Positions 10,056 through 19,803 of a stretch of DNA of 64,000 bases are shown piece after piece. The number at the start of each line of letters is the position of its first letter. The stretch's first letter is position 1. The stretch lies in assembly GCA_052168235.1 (NCBI GenBank), contig JBQLZK010000004.1:96001-160000 (forward strand), read 5' to 3'. This stretch comes from Thainema sp. (GTDB lineage: Bacteria > Cyanobacteriota > Cyanobacteriia > Phormidesmidales > Phormidesmidaceae). The translations under genes were made by a program, and so were the position numbers. The notes beneath the pieces were generated by a model. That model did no database searches. It worked only from the letters and a program-made list of their open reading frames with translations, and was not told the DNA's origin.

Positions 10056-10682
10056 ATGCTGAGTTTTCTCACAGGCGCGATCGCAGGTGTGCAAAAAACA
10101 CCTTCCAATCGCGTCATGCTGCTGCTGGATGTCAACGGCGTTGGCTACGAGCTTCAGATTACGTCTCGCTTTTCCCGTACCCTGCCGGATGCCGGCGAAA
10201 CGGCCCAAGTCCACTGCCACCTGCAAGTGCGCGAAGATCAGATGATCCTGTACGGTTTTGAGTCACGGGCCGAACGAGATGTGTTTCGCCAGTTAACTAG
10301 CGTCAGCGGCATCGGGGCCCAACTTGCGATCGCGCTGCTCGATACTCTGGGTTTACAGGACATGGTGCAGGCCATCGTCACCAGCAACACCCGCCGACTG
10401 GCTCAAACTCCTGGCGTCGGGAATAAGACAGCGGAACGGTTATGCCTAGAACTGAAAGCCAAACTAGCCGAATGGCGCACCCACACGGGCATGAGCACAT
10501 CTCCCTCTGCGGCCCCGACTCCCAGCCTCCAAGAAGATATCGAAATGACGCTGCTGGCCCTGGGCTACACTCAAACCGAAATCCAAACCGCTCTGCAAAC
10601 CGTTGGTCAGCAAACAGCTCTCTCCAAAAGCGGCGACGCCGAGCAGTGGATTCGAGCTGCGATCGCATGGCTCAGTCAGTAA
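10056..10682 (+). CDS. ruvA: Holliday junction branch migration protein RuvA
   Basis: VNGVGYE, VREDQMILYGF, VSGIG and PGVGNKTAERLCLELK. Confidence 0.96.
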   Translation: MLSFLTGAIAGVQKTPSNRVMLLLDVNGVGYELQITSRFSRTLPDAGETAQVHCHLQVREDQMILYGFESRAERDVFRQLTSVSGIGAQLAIALLDTLGLQDMVQAIVTSNTRRLAQTPGVGNKTAERLCLELKAKLAEWRTHTGMSTSPSAAPTPSLQEDIEMTLLALGYTQTEIQTALQTVGQQTALSKSGDAEQWIRAAIAWLSQ

Positions 10683-10749
10683 AAATAGTCCTCTCACTGT
10701 GCTACTATAGTTGACTGCTGTAATTTTAATTCGGGACGAATATAGGTTC

Positions 10750-11019
10750 ATGGCACTGCTGCAAGACCGTAAACAGGAAATCATCTCTGAGTATCAAATT
10801 CACGAGACCGATACTGGATCTGCTGACGTACAGGTTGCGATGCTGACCGAGCGCATCAATCGCCTGTCTAAGCATCTCCAACAAAACAAAAAAGACTTCG
10901 CATCTCGACGCGGCCTGCTGCAAATGATTGGTCGCCGTAAGCGTCTACTGTCCTACATCCAGAAGCAAGATAACGAACGCTATTTGGCTCTCATTCAGCG
11001 CCTCGGGATCCGTCGCTAA
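10750..11019 (+). CDS. rpsO: 30S ribosomal protein S15
   Basis: HETDTGSADVQVAMLT...KDFASRRGLL...GRRKRLL. Confidence 0.98.
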   Translation: MALLQDRKQEIISEYQIHETDTGSADVQVAMLTERINRLSKHLQQNKKDFASRRGLLQMIGRRKRLLSYIQKQDNERYLALIQRLGIRR

Positions 11020-11127
11020 GGCATTCACAAGTGAACCAGCCGCTAGATCGCCGTTGCGTTATGTCTGCATAACGTGGCTATAGCGCTCTACGATTGACTC
11101 AGTGATTTCGTTACTCGCCTCTGAACT

Positions 11128-11652
11128 ATGCCTTCCGATTCTGAGCGCAAGCCGCTACCATTCGAACCCCAGAAAAGCCGCAAAAAGGCCGAATCTAAGC
11201 CGAAAGACGCTAAGTCAGCTACCAATAAGCCGACCAAATCTGCTTCTGCTAAATCACAGGCTAAGTCACCCGCAAAGTCGCAGTCTGCTCCACCCGCTCG
11301 TCGTTCAGCCAATCAGCGAACGCTTGACGAGACGCGGATTCCAGATGCCGTCGGCAAGCGCATGATTCGGCGGATGGCAGTGTTCTGCGGGATTCCTACA
11401 GCCCTGGGCGTGAGTACGTTCTTCGCCAGCTACTTCATCGTGGTAAATGGCGTATTCGATCTGCCCAATAGTGCTGTCGTACTGGTCAGTATGGCCTGCT
11501 TCGGGTTAGGGGTAATTGGTCTCAGCTACGGTGTATTATCGGCTTCTTGGGAAGAAGAGACACCCGGTACGCTGCTTGGCATCGGCGAGTTTAAGATAAA
11601 TCTAGGACGAATGACGGCAGCTTGGCGAGACGCTCGCAAGCAGCAGTCCTAG
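11128..11652 (+). CDS. pam68: PAM68 family photosystem II assembly protein (DUF3464)
   Basis: LPFEP N-terminus, IPDAVxxRMIRR, two TM helices, LSYGVLSASW. Lies directly downstream of rpsO. Confidence 0.88.
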   Translation: MPSDSERKPLPFEPQKSRKKAESKPKDAKSATNKPTKSASAKSQAKSPAKSQSAPPARRSANQRTLDETRIPDAVGKRMIRRMAVFCGIPTALGVSTFFASYFIVVNGVFDLPNSAVVLVSMACFGLGVIGLSYGVLSASWEEETPGTLLGIGEFKINLGRMTAAWRDARKQQS

Positions 11653-11869
11653 TCATTGGTCATTCATGTTGATGACGTAATTAACCACAAGCTAGTTAAT
11701 ATACGAACTGACATGTTTGGCTCTGATGTTAAGTGCATAGGGTACGCACTGCAATCAGACGATCCGAAAAAGACCCACTAGAATAAGGCTAGATTTTGAG
11801 TCCATGCGAGATGCAGGTGCGATCGCAACTCAGGTCTAGCCTTAACTGTTGTATGGAGGGAATTCCAGC

Positions 11870-12928
11870 ATGATCGTAGTCATGAAAAGCGGTGCGCCCA
11901 AGACCGAAATAGATCGGCTGGATGCTGACTTTCAATCGTGGGGCCTCATGCCAGAGCAGATCGTGGGCAAACATAAAGTCGTGATTGGTCTAGTGGGCGA
12001 CACCGTGGAGCTTGATCCCCTCCAAATTCAGGATATGAGTCCCTGGATTGAACAGGTTTTGCGAGTTGAGCAGCCGTTCAAGCGAGCCAGCCGCACGTTC
12101 CGCCACGGTGAAGCCAGCACGGTCGTTATCAACACGCCCAACGGTGCAGTCCCCATTGGTGAGCATTCGCCCATCGCAGTGGTAGCTGGGCCATGCTCAG
12201 TCGAAAACGAAACGATGATCGTGGAAACGGCACTGCGAGTTAAAGCGGCAGGAGCGCATTTTCTACGCGGCGGTGCCTATAAGCCCCGCACGTCACCCTA
12301 TGCATTTCAGGGACATGGCGAAAGCGCGCTGGAGCTGCTAGCGGCGGCGCGAGACGCTTCTGGTTTGGGCATTATCACCGAAGTGATGGATACCGCCGAT
12401 GTCGAGAAAATTGGCGCGGTGGCAGACGTGCTCCAGGTAGGCGCACGCAATATGCAGAATTTTGCTCTGCTGAAAAAGGTGGGCGCTCAGGACAAGCCCG
12501 TTTTACTCAAGCGCGGCATGTCGGCCACGATTGAAGAATGGTTGATGGCGGCAGAATATGTTTTGGCCGCAGGCAATCCCAACGTCATTCTCTGTGAGCG
12601 GGGCATTCGTACCTTTGACCGCCAGTATGCCCGCAATACGCTAGATTTATCGATCATTCCAGTGCTGCGATCGCTAACTCACCTGCCGATTATGATTGAC
12701 CCCAGCCACGGCACCGGACGAGCCGAATATGTGCCCTCAATGGCTAAAGCTGCGATCGCAGCCGGAACTGATTCGCTGATGATTGAAGTGCATCCCAATC
12801 CCGCTAAAGCGCTTTCGGACGGCCCCCAGTCATTGACTCCCGACCGATTCGATGAACTGATGCAAGAACTCAGCATCGTCGGTCAAGCCATGCAGCGCTG
12901 GCCCCAGCCCGCCCCCGCAGTTGTTTAG
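11870..12928 (+). CDS. aroF: DAHP synthase (type Ibeta)
   Basis: [37 protein letters not shown]. Confidence 0.95.
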   Translation: MIVVMKSGAPKTEIDRLDADFQSWGLMPEQIVGKHKVVIGLVGDTVELDPLQIQDMSPWIEQVLRVEQPFKRASRTFRHGEASTVVINTPNGAVPIGEHSPIAVVAGPCSVENETMIVETALRVKAAGAHFLRGGAYKPRTSPYAFQGHGESALELLAAARDASGLGIITEVMDTADVEKIGAVADVLQVGARNMQNFALLKKVGAQDKPVLLKRGMSATIEEWLMAAEYVLAAGNPNVILCERGIRTFDRQYARNTLDLSIIPVLRSLTHLPIMIDPSHGTGRAEYVPSMAKAAIAAGTDSLMIEVHPNPAKALSDGPQSLTPDRFDELMQELSIVGQAMQRWPQPAPAVV

Positions 12929-12936
12929 TTAACTAA

Positions 12937-12972
12937 CGCTAAAAAGGCCAGCATTGCTGGCCTTTTTAGCGT
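12937..12972. terminator. Bidirectional intrinsic terminator-like hairpin between aroF and lepB
   Basis: CGCTAAAAAGGCCAGC-ATT-GCTGGCCTTTTTAGCG with A/T tracts on both sides, between convergent genes. Confidence 0.7.
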
Positions 12973-13029
12973 CTCAAATTGCCCTCACCAAAATCAACCC
13001 GCAGTACTACACTCCAAGCGTTCCCGAAC

Positions 13030-14157
13030 CTAAATCGGCTGAATTCGAGCAGGCGGCCAGTAAATCTTATACGCCTTCCCTACCACATCTGATTCCGGCA
13101 AAAAGCCCCAGACATGCGAATCCGCGCTGTAATTGCGGTTATCGCCCAGAACAAACAGCGAATTATCGGGCACTGTAGCTGGCCCCCAGGTATAGTCCGG
13201 CGGCGTGACAGCAATAGTCTCACGTAAGGGCTGACCGTTAATGAGAACAGTGCGATCGCGGATTTCAACCGTTTGTCCAGCCGTCGCAATCACACGCTTC
13301 ACAAAAAAGGTTTCATCTGTGACGGTAGGAAGCTCTTGCGCCGCTTCTGGTGCCCGGAACACAATCACATCCCCACTTCGCAAGGGGGCGTTGGAGGTGT
13401 GGCTGACGAAAATTTGATCTCCTACCTGGAGCGCAGGCAGCATTGATTCACTCGGCACAATAAAGCGGTTGATGTTTTGGTTGAGCCAAATAGGTAAGTA
13501 GGCAAAGGTGAAGCGCAGAACGACAATCGCAACTGTGACAATTAGAATCCATTTAATAGATCGACGCGATCGGGATGGTTGAGATGACTGCGATCGCACC
13601 TTAGATCCCGCATTAGCTGGAATCTGAGGTGCAGCGTAGTAGGCATGACAGCAGCCCACTCCCCAAATCAGCGGCGGCAGCAGTAACAAACTAGGAAAAA
13701 CAGTTGAGAGAGTTGATGTGATCATCACTGCACTCAGCAGCATCGCCGCCCAAACCAACTGCTGTAAATAGAGCTGTCCGAGTCCCGGCAAAATATGGGA
13801 GAGAAAAACGGCGAACCAGGGATTTTTGGTCTGTTTAGCAATGTCGGTCAAAGCGTATTGCGCTGTTCCTGTGCGCCGTTTGCCATACAGATACACATCA
13901 AACACGTTAATGATGTACAAAAAAACGGCTAGGCTCCCCATTAGTAGGCCAGAAGCCGTATTACCCGTCGCTGAAAAAATCGACCAAAATGCCAGTCCAA
14001 TCAGCCCTAGCTCAATCAGCAATAGGCCAATTCCCCGCCCAATCTGGCCTGTGTAAAGCTGACCTAATCCTGGAAACAGCATCGACAGGTTTACAGGCAG
14101 CCACAGCGCATGAGTCAGATGAGATGGATTAACATCACGGTCGGAAAACCGAAGCAT
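13030..14157 (-). CDS. lepB: Signal peptidase I with N-terminal multi-TM extension
   Basis: VPSESMLPAL (catalytic Ser), FVKRVI (Lys), GDNRNYSADSH. The N-terminus has a duplicated LSxxxPGLGQLY TM motif. Confidence 0.88.
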   Translation of the reverse strand: MLRFSDRDVNPSHLTHALWLPVNLSMLFPGLGQLYTGQIGRGIGLLLIELGLIGLAFWSIFSATGNTASGLLMGSLAVFLYIINVFDVYLYGKRRTGTAQYALTDIAKQTKNPWFAVFLSHILPGLGQLYLQQLVWAAMLLSAVMITSTLSTVFPSLLLLPPLIWGVGCCHAYYAAPQIPANAGSKVRSQSSQPSRSRRSIKWILIVTVAIVVLRFTFAYLPIWLNQNINRFIVPSESMLPALQVGDQIFVSHTSNAPLRSGDVIVFRAPEAAQELPTVTDETFFVKRVIATAGQTVEIRDRTVLINGQPLRETIAVTPPDYTWGPATVPDNSLFVLGDNRNYSADSHVWGFLPESDVVGKAYKIYWPPARIQPI

Positions 14158-14279
14158 AATCTTAATCGAACACTACAGTGTTTCGAGACAGTATCCGTTA
14201 CACTAGGGCAAATGGGAGATGTTGCTATTCGGCGCGTTCACCCACTGTCATTGTAAGTTTCTAGTAATGGTTTAGTTAT

Positions 14280-14555
14280 ATGGTTTCTGCTTCTCCGTTA
14301 GCGCTCGTATTTCAAACCCTGAGCACCTTCCTCACGTTCTACACCGTCCTAATCTTCATCCGGGTTCTGCTATCTTGGTTCCCTAATGTTGATTGGTACA
14401 GTCAGCCTTTCGCAGCTCTTAGCCAGATTACCGATCCGTATCTAAACCTGTTCCGTTCAATCATTCCTCCTGTAGGTGGTATCGATTTCTCCGCAATTCT
14501 GGCGATTATTCTGCTTCAAGTTGCCGCAGGATTAATTCCTTCTGGCATGTTCTAG
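14280..14555 (+). CDS. YggT/Ycf19 family membrane protein
   Basis: RVLLSWFPN...ITDPYLNLFRSIIPP.GGIDFS. Confidence 0.92.
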   Translation: MVSASPLALVFQTLSTFLTFYTVLIFIRVLLSWFPNVDWYSQPFAALSQITDPYLNLFRSIIPPVGGIDFSAILAIILLQVAAGLIPSGMF

Positions 14556-14738
14556 GTTCAAGTCCAGTTTGCCCAAATTGGGTTGCATATCTACTTAAAC
14601 TTGCAATCTATCGCTTCAACTAGTAGAGGAGATACCAAGCGTTACTGAGTATCTCCTCTTTGTTGCTGTCTTGATCCGTTTAAGACTAGGCAACGTCCAC
14701 CCTAACCTTACTCAGATAGTAAGCCAATGGTAGGTATT

Positions 14739-14826
14739 AGACTTTATTGGAAATAAAGTTTTTGGGGTTGGAAATCGTTTTGTAGCACGGCAGAGCCGTG
14801 CTACAAAACGATTTCCGATAAGGTCT
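14739..14826. mobile_element. MITE family C (copy 1), 88 bp, TSD ATT
   Basis: TIR AGACTTTATTGGAAAT/ATTTCCGATAAGGTCT. ATT duplicated at 14736-14738 and 14827-14829. Central stem apex GC-AGA-GC. Near-identical to 51009-51096. Confidence 0.85.
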
Positions 14827-14896
14827 ATTGCTCACCATTGGCATTTTTAACCAATGTGGCTAGCGCTACTGGTTGAGGCTATAACTCTTTAAACCC

Positions 14897-16336
14897 TTAA
14901 CTGTCGCCGCCAAACACTTCAATATTGGCGAAGGCGCAGACAGGTGAGGCATGACCCACGCGAATTACCTGATTCGGTTCGCCCTTACCGCAGAATGGCG
15001 TACCAAAAATTTCCCAAGTGCTGCGATCGCCAACTGCAACCAAGCTATGCCAAAACTGGGGCGTTGTGGCTCGATAGTTGGGATTTCGTAGCGTTTTAGT
15101 GACCTTCCCGTTCTCGATTAGCTTGGCGTATTCACAGCCAAACTGGAACTTGTGGCGCTGATCGTCGATAGACCACGAGCGATTGGCTTCCATGTACACA
15201 CCTTTTTCGATGCTGCCAATCATTTCGTCAAGTGACTGATCGCCGTGTTCTAGGTTGATATTAGCCATCCGGTCAATCGGAGGACGGTTCCATGAGCTAG
15301 CCCGCGCACTCGCGACACCATTCACTCCTAATCGTGCCTGACTTTCCAAGCTGCCGATGCCGCGCTCCAGCTTGCCTTCCCGAATCAGATATTCCCGTGT
15401 GGCGGGTGCGCCCGTATCATCAAAACGGTAGCTGGCATACTGCCCGGCCACAGATGGGTCAAAGGTAATGTTCATTAATTTAGACCCGTATTGCAGCGTA
15501 CCGAAGTCGCTGGGTTTAACAAAGCTACCGCCCGCATAATTACGCTCGTCACCCAAAATGCGATCGAGTTCTAGGGGATGACCGATGCTTTCATGAATTT
15601 GCAGCATCATCTGGTCGGGAGCTAATACCAGCGTCATCGTATCTGTGGGGCAGTCTTCGGCTGAAAGCAGTTCCATCACCTGCTCGCCCGTTTGGGCTAC
15701 CTGATCCCAGAGCTGCGTATCGGGGAATAATTCCCAGCCACCCTGGTAGCTGCGGGCCCAAAATCCATTGCTGGTGCGATTTTGCACCACTGGGCCATCC
15801 TGTGCGGTTACACCGTAGTGACTGGTGAGTAGGTTAAACCGCTGATACACTTCCGACCCATTACTGCTGACAAACCAAGATTCCAATTCGCTGGTCACAG
15901 CCGTGGCGTTTGTTTGCACGACGGCATCCGCCACTTTGAGCTTGTGGCAAATGCGAATCAGGATGTCATTGATTTCGGCTGGCGTGAGCGCATTGAACGC
16001 TTTCACACCGGGAGAATAATATTCACCAACCACTTTGGGCCGCTGTTGTGGTGTCCAGTGATGAATTCGCCACTGGCTCGCTGCGATCGCATTTTTATGA
16101 GCAATTTCCGCAGCGGTGCGTAAACCCTCTGGTGTTAATTGATTCGTAGCACCATAGCCAATTTGGCCATCGGCTAGCACTTCAACCATTGCGCCTTGAG
16201 TGAGCTGGCGGGAATTGGATTTAGGCTGACCATCACGAACAGAGCGGTAGGTTTGAGCTTCTTTGACGGCTCGAATCCCAATCCAATCAGCTGTAAAAGG
16301 CAATGATTCAATAACGCTGGAGAGTTCAGCAATCAT
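14897..16336 (-). CDS. tldD: TldD/PmbA family metalloprotease (TldD-type)
   Basis: HESIGHPLELDR (HExxGH), FDDTG, RPPIDRMAN and CGKGEPNQ C-terminal Cys motif. Confidence 0.9.
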   Translation of the reverse strand: MIAELSSVIESLPFTADWIGIRAVKEAQTYRSVRDGQPKSNSRQLTQGAMVEVLADGQIGYGATNQLTPEGLRTAAEIAHKNAIAASQWRIHHWTPQQRPKVVGEYYSPGVKAFNALTPAEINDILIRICHKLKVADAVVQTNATAVTSELESWFVSSNGSEVYQRFNLLTSHYGVTAQDGPVVQNRTSNGFWARSYQGGWELFPDTQLWDQVAQTGEQVMELLSAEDCPTDTMTLVLAPDQMMLQIHESIGHPLELDRILGDERNYAGGSFVKPSDFGTLQYGSKLMNITFDPSVAGQYASYRFDDTGAPATREYLIREGKLERGIGSLESQARLGVNGVASARASSWNRPPIDRMANINLEHGDQSLDEMIGSIEKGVYMEANRSWSIDDQRHKFQFGCEYAKLIENGKVTKTLRNPNYRATTPQFWHSLVAVGDRSTWEIFGTPFCGKGEPNQVIRVGHASPVCAFANIEVFGGDS

Positions 16337-16552
16337 GGGCTTCCTGGAAAACTGAGGTGTTTGTGTTTACCAGTTTAACGAGCCAGCCTAGAATTTTGGT
16401 GAACTTTAGAGCAATTCAATGCGAAACCCCAGAAAGCAAACTTACCGCTACGGCGGCAGAAATAGCTCTCTGGGGTTATTCCTCCAGATATTTAGGTCAT
16501 TCAAAAGGCGATGGCAGTGATTGAAAGGGTGGAGTAAGAGGTAAAGGAGAAA

Positions 16553-16786
16553 TTATCTCCAGTTAACCTGGCGCAACCATGTCCAAACGCCGGTTTTACG
16601 ACGCACTTCAACTCCTTCACTGTTCTCCTGGATCACTTCCTGTAACTCCTCAATTGTGAAGTCATACCCTAATGACTGACAGGTTTGAATAAACTCTTGC
16701 CCATTTGCAACGTGCTGGAATTTATCGCGTAGATGCTCATCGTGAGAGGCATCTGATAGAAACTTATATGCACTTTCCTGAGTCAT
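16553..16786 (-). CDS. Nif11-like leader peptide family precursor, 77 aa
   Basis: MTQESAYKFL..DEHLRDKF...EFI..CQSLGYDFTIEEL Nif11 pattern with a Trp-rich C-terminus. ATG at 16786. Confidence 0.8.
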   Translation of the reverse strand: MTQESAYKFLSDASHDEHLRDKFQHVANGQEFIQTCQSLGYDFTIEELQEVIQENSEGVEVRRKTGVWTWLRQVNWR

Positions 16787-17266
16787 TGATTTGCCCTTCT
16801 GGTTCCTAAACGCGTTGCACGACGACCACGACTGTGCCCCGTGTACTGTGATTGTAATGCTGTGACTGTAATGTAGTAATAGCGATCGCAAATTTGCCGT
16901 TGTTGTCCCACCTATTTGTCATAGAAGGTTTTTTGTAGAAAGTGCGATCGCATGTTGATATCGTCAAGATATTGCTCGACTTTAGTATGCCCAAGAGTGG
17001 AGAATGCCAATACACGGGGGCTAAACAATTCCCCACATATCGGTCTAGAATCGGACAGGAGCGTCTAGTCGTCTGCAACTAATTGCAACAGACAAGTTGC
17101 ACAGACCATAATTTTAGGTTGCAGGACGAAGTCGCCACAGTACGCGTTATCCGAATTTCACTATTCAGCATGTCTCAACGTATCGAGAACGCATTGAGAA
17201 TGTATCTGAAACTTTCCGAAGAATCGATTGACAACCATCAGCACGACAAAGTAGTCGTTTTGAACG

Positions 17267-18652
17267 ATGTTTAGTAAACCCATACGTCGCTATTGGTTAA
17301 CTGGTTTAAGTTTACTGCTCGGTTTGCTGTTGGTCTTAGGACTAGCTCAAAGCCGAGGTTCGTCCTTTCCCGCTCCTGAAATTGCGATTGATCCATCAAA
17401 CTTACTCAGTGCTCAAACCAGTCATCCAGCGTTTATCCTGGCAGAGAGCGCCTTAGACGAGTCGGATGAGCTGCCGTCAGTTGCCCAGGTCAACGATGAA
17501 CCGGAACAAACTGAGGCCAACCGAGCGGCTTCGATTGACGCCTTTCGCCAGTCGATTGAGTATGCCAATACGGCTGCTGTTTTAGCACAAACGGCGACTT
17601 CTCCTCAACAGTGGGATCGAGTCGCCGAAAACTGGATGGCGGCGATAGCCCAGTTATTCAGTATTCCGCCCAAGAGTCCCCAGCGGGTCTTCGCCCAGCG
17701 CAAAATTCGCGAGTATTTGCAAAATCTGTCGATTGCCCAACGCTATGCCGATCGCAGCAGCTTTCCGCGCATGTCGCCCAGTTTTGGCAGCTCCAGCCTA
17801 GATGAGCAGCTTGTGCTGTACAAATCCTATGTCGCAACCGTAGGCGTACCAGACGTACTGGTGATTGGTAGTTCGCGGGCTCTGCAGGGCGTTGATCCAC
17901 ACGTGCTACAGGCTGCATTGGCCGGGAAAGGTTACGCAAACGCCACGGTATACAACTTTGGCGTCTACGGAGCGACGGCTCAAGTTGTAAATTTCATTGT
18001 GCAGAAGATTCTACCCGACCAGTTGCCGAACCTGATTGTGTGGCCAGCGGGTTCGCGAGCCTTAAACAGCAGCCGCTTTGACCGCACCTTTGCATCGATT
18101 TTAGAATCTCCAGGCTATCAGGGGGTGATGCAGGGCAGTCAGCCTCCCTCATTGCTGAAGTTTGCCACCCCGGAATCGTTTGCTGACGCACCGCAGCAAA
18201 GCTTGCTGGATGCCAACGCCAATGGATTTATCACCGTTTCCGAACAGTTTGATCCGGCGCAATACTATCGACAGTATCCACGGGTATCCGGTGTATACGA
18301 TGGCGACTATCAGAACTTTCAACTGAATGGCGTGCAGGATAACAGTCTGCGAGCGCTCGCGCAGTTTGCCAAAGGTCGCGGCATTGAGCTTGTATACGTC
18401 AACTTGCCGCTAACTCAAGATTATCTAGACAACACGCGCAGCCGCTATGAGGGGCGTTATCGGCAGTGGCTCCAGCAGAAGAGCCAAGCTTACGGCTTTA
18501 CCTATGTAGACTTGCTAGAGTCCAACCTGATGCAGAATCAGTTCTTTGCCGATCCCAGTCACATTAACCGCTATGGTGCTGCTGCGATCGCACGTCGTCT
18601 GGCCAATCATGCCCAAATGCCGTGGCAAGCGCTAGTAGCGCAAAATAACTAA
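17267..18652 (+). CDS. DUF1574-like SGNH-fold exported protein
   Basis: N-terminal hydrophobic signal, DVLVIGSSRALQG, YNFGVYGAT and FFADPSHINRYGA. Confidence 0.75.
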   Translation: MFSKPIRRYWLTGLSLLLGLLLVLGLAQSRGSSFPAPEIAIDPSNLLSAQTSHPAFILAESALDESDELPSVAQVNDEPEQTEANRAASIDAFRQSIEYANTAAVLAQTATSPQQWDRVAENWMAAIAQLFSIPPKSPQRVFAQRKIREYLQNLSIAQRYADRSSFPRMSPSFGSSSLDEQLVLYKSYVATVGVPDVLVIGSSRALQGVDPHVLQAALAGKGYANATVYNFGVYGATAQVVNFIVQKILPDQLPNLIVWPAGSRALNSSRFDRTFASILESPGYQGVMQGSQPPSLLKFATPESFADAPQQSLLDANANGFITVSEQFDPAQYYRQYPRVSGVYDGDYQNFQLNGVQDNSLRALAQFAKGRGIELVYVNLPLTQDYLDNTRSRYEGRYRQWLQQKSQAYGFTYVDLLESNLMQNQFFADPSHINRYGAAAIARRLANHAQMPWQALVAQNN

Positions 18653-18748
18653 GGATTGTGGATTTAAAGAGCCTGTAAACCGTTCCATCCGTAGGGATAC
18701 GGCACTACCGTGTCCCTAACGCAAAGATTTCATCTAATTAAATGTTCC
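18653..18748. mobile_element. MITE family E (copy 1), GGA...TCC, TSD TAA
   Basis: c-TAA-GGA...TCC-TAA-g. Central GTAGGGATACGGCACTACCGTGTCCCTA hairpin. Inverted homolog at 42359-42457. Confidence 0.85.
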
Positions 18749-19398
18749 TAAGCGCTCCAGTTCAGCCAGCGAACGTAGATATAGGCAATCGTTTCTGCCA
18801 CAACAACTCGAAATCCCGCGCTAAATCGCCACCAGGTAGCCGGATCGTAAAGCTGATCGGTTAATGTCAGTACTCCTATGGCTGTCTGCGGCGCAAACAC
18901 ACGCTGATAAATTAGCCAGCTCCGTCGAGAATGCGCCCCAACCGTACAAAGGTTGATCTGGTCGATGGGCCAACGTTGGTCTTCCAGCCAGTCGCGAATC
19001 ACCAACGCCGCCGCATGGGTGCGGTAATGATTGGTATGGTCGCAGTTAATCACCACAATGCGATCGCGCTCAATACCGAGGGCAATTAAGCTGTCTGCTG
19101 TGACCTCCGCATGGGTGCGGTACTGGGTCAAAAATGCGCCCTGATACAGCGGCAATCCAGAAATCAGCACGTGCTGATAATTGCCTTCGTCAATTACCTG
19201 CGCTACCTGCTTCACAACCCGATCGGGGACCCAACCCTCGACAATCAGCACGTTGGTCGAGAGCGGCTGATTTGGGGTCAAGAAATCGTGAAGATAGCGG
19301 CTACACCAAAAGGCAACTAATAGGGCCAGTGCGATCGCAAACAGAATCAGTGCCGCGATGCCACAAATGAAACCAGCCCAGAATCCTAGTTCAAGCAC
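18748..19398 (-). CDS. YdcF/DUF218-like protein
   Basis: N-terminal TM, LIVEGW, HSRRSW and WW...GFRVVVAE motifs. Confidence 0.7.
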   Translation of the reverse strand: MLELGFWAGFICGIAALILFAIALALLVAFWCSRYLHDFLTPNQPLSTNVLIVEGWVPDRVVKQVAQVIDEGNYQHVLISGLPLYQGAFLTQYRTHAEVTADSLIALGIERDRIVVINCDHTNHYRTHAAALVIRDWLEDQRWPIDQINLCTVGAHSRRSWLIYQRVFAPQTAIGVLTLTDQLYDPATWWRFSAGFRVVVAETIAYIYVRWLNWSA

Positions 19399-19803
19399 CT
19401 CAGCAACGTCTCCTCACAACACGGGATGCCATTAATACGGAGTCTTGAAGAACCGAATCAATCTCGATGAAACTCTCGCTCTATTCGGTTCTTGCAGATG
19501 AAGTTCATATAACTTAACGAGATGCGATCCTGACTATAGGACGATTGCTATCCCTGCCCAATGACCGTTATCCACACATTATTCAGTGGGTAAACTATAT
19601 TGAGACAATACAAAACGTAACTAAACCCTTAAACTTTCGTCATAGTTCGATGAAGCGTTTAACTGAATCGTTACACGAACAAATTCGAAAATCTATAGTA
19701 GATTTGCGCGAAAAGCTGATGAAATCGCCTTTTGACGTGAGTTCAGTGGCTTCAAGTTTGTGAACAGACTTGACACAACAGCCCGATAAATCTGATTAAC
19801 CCA

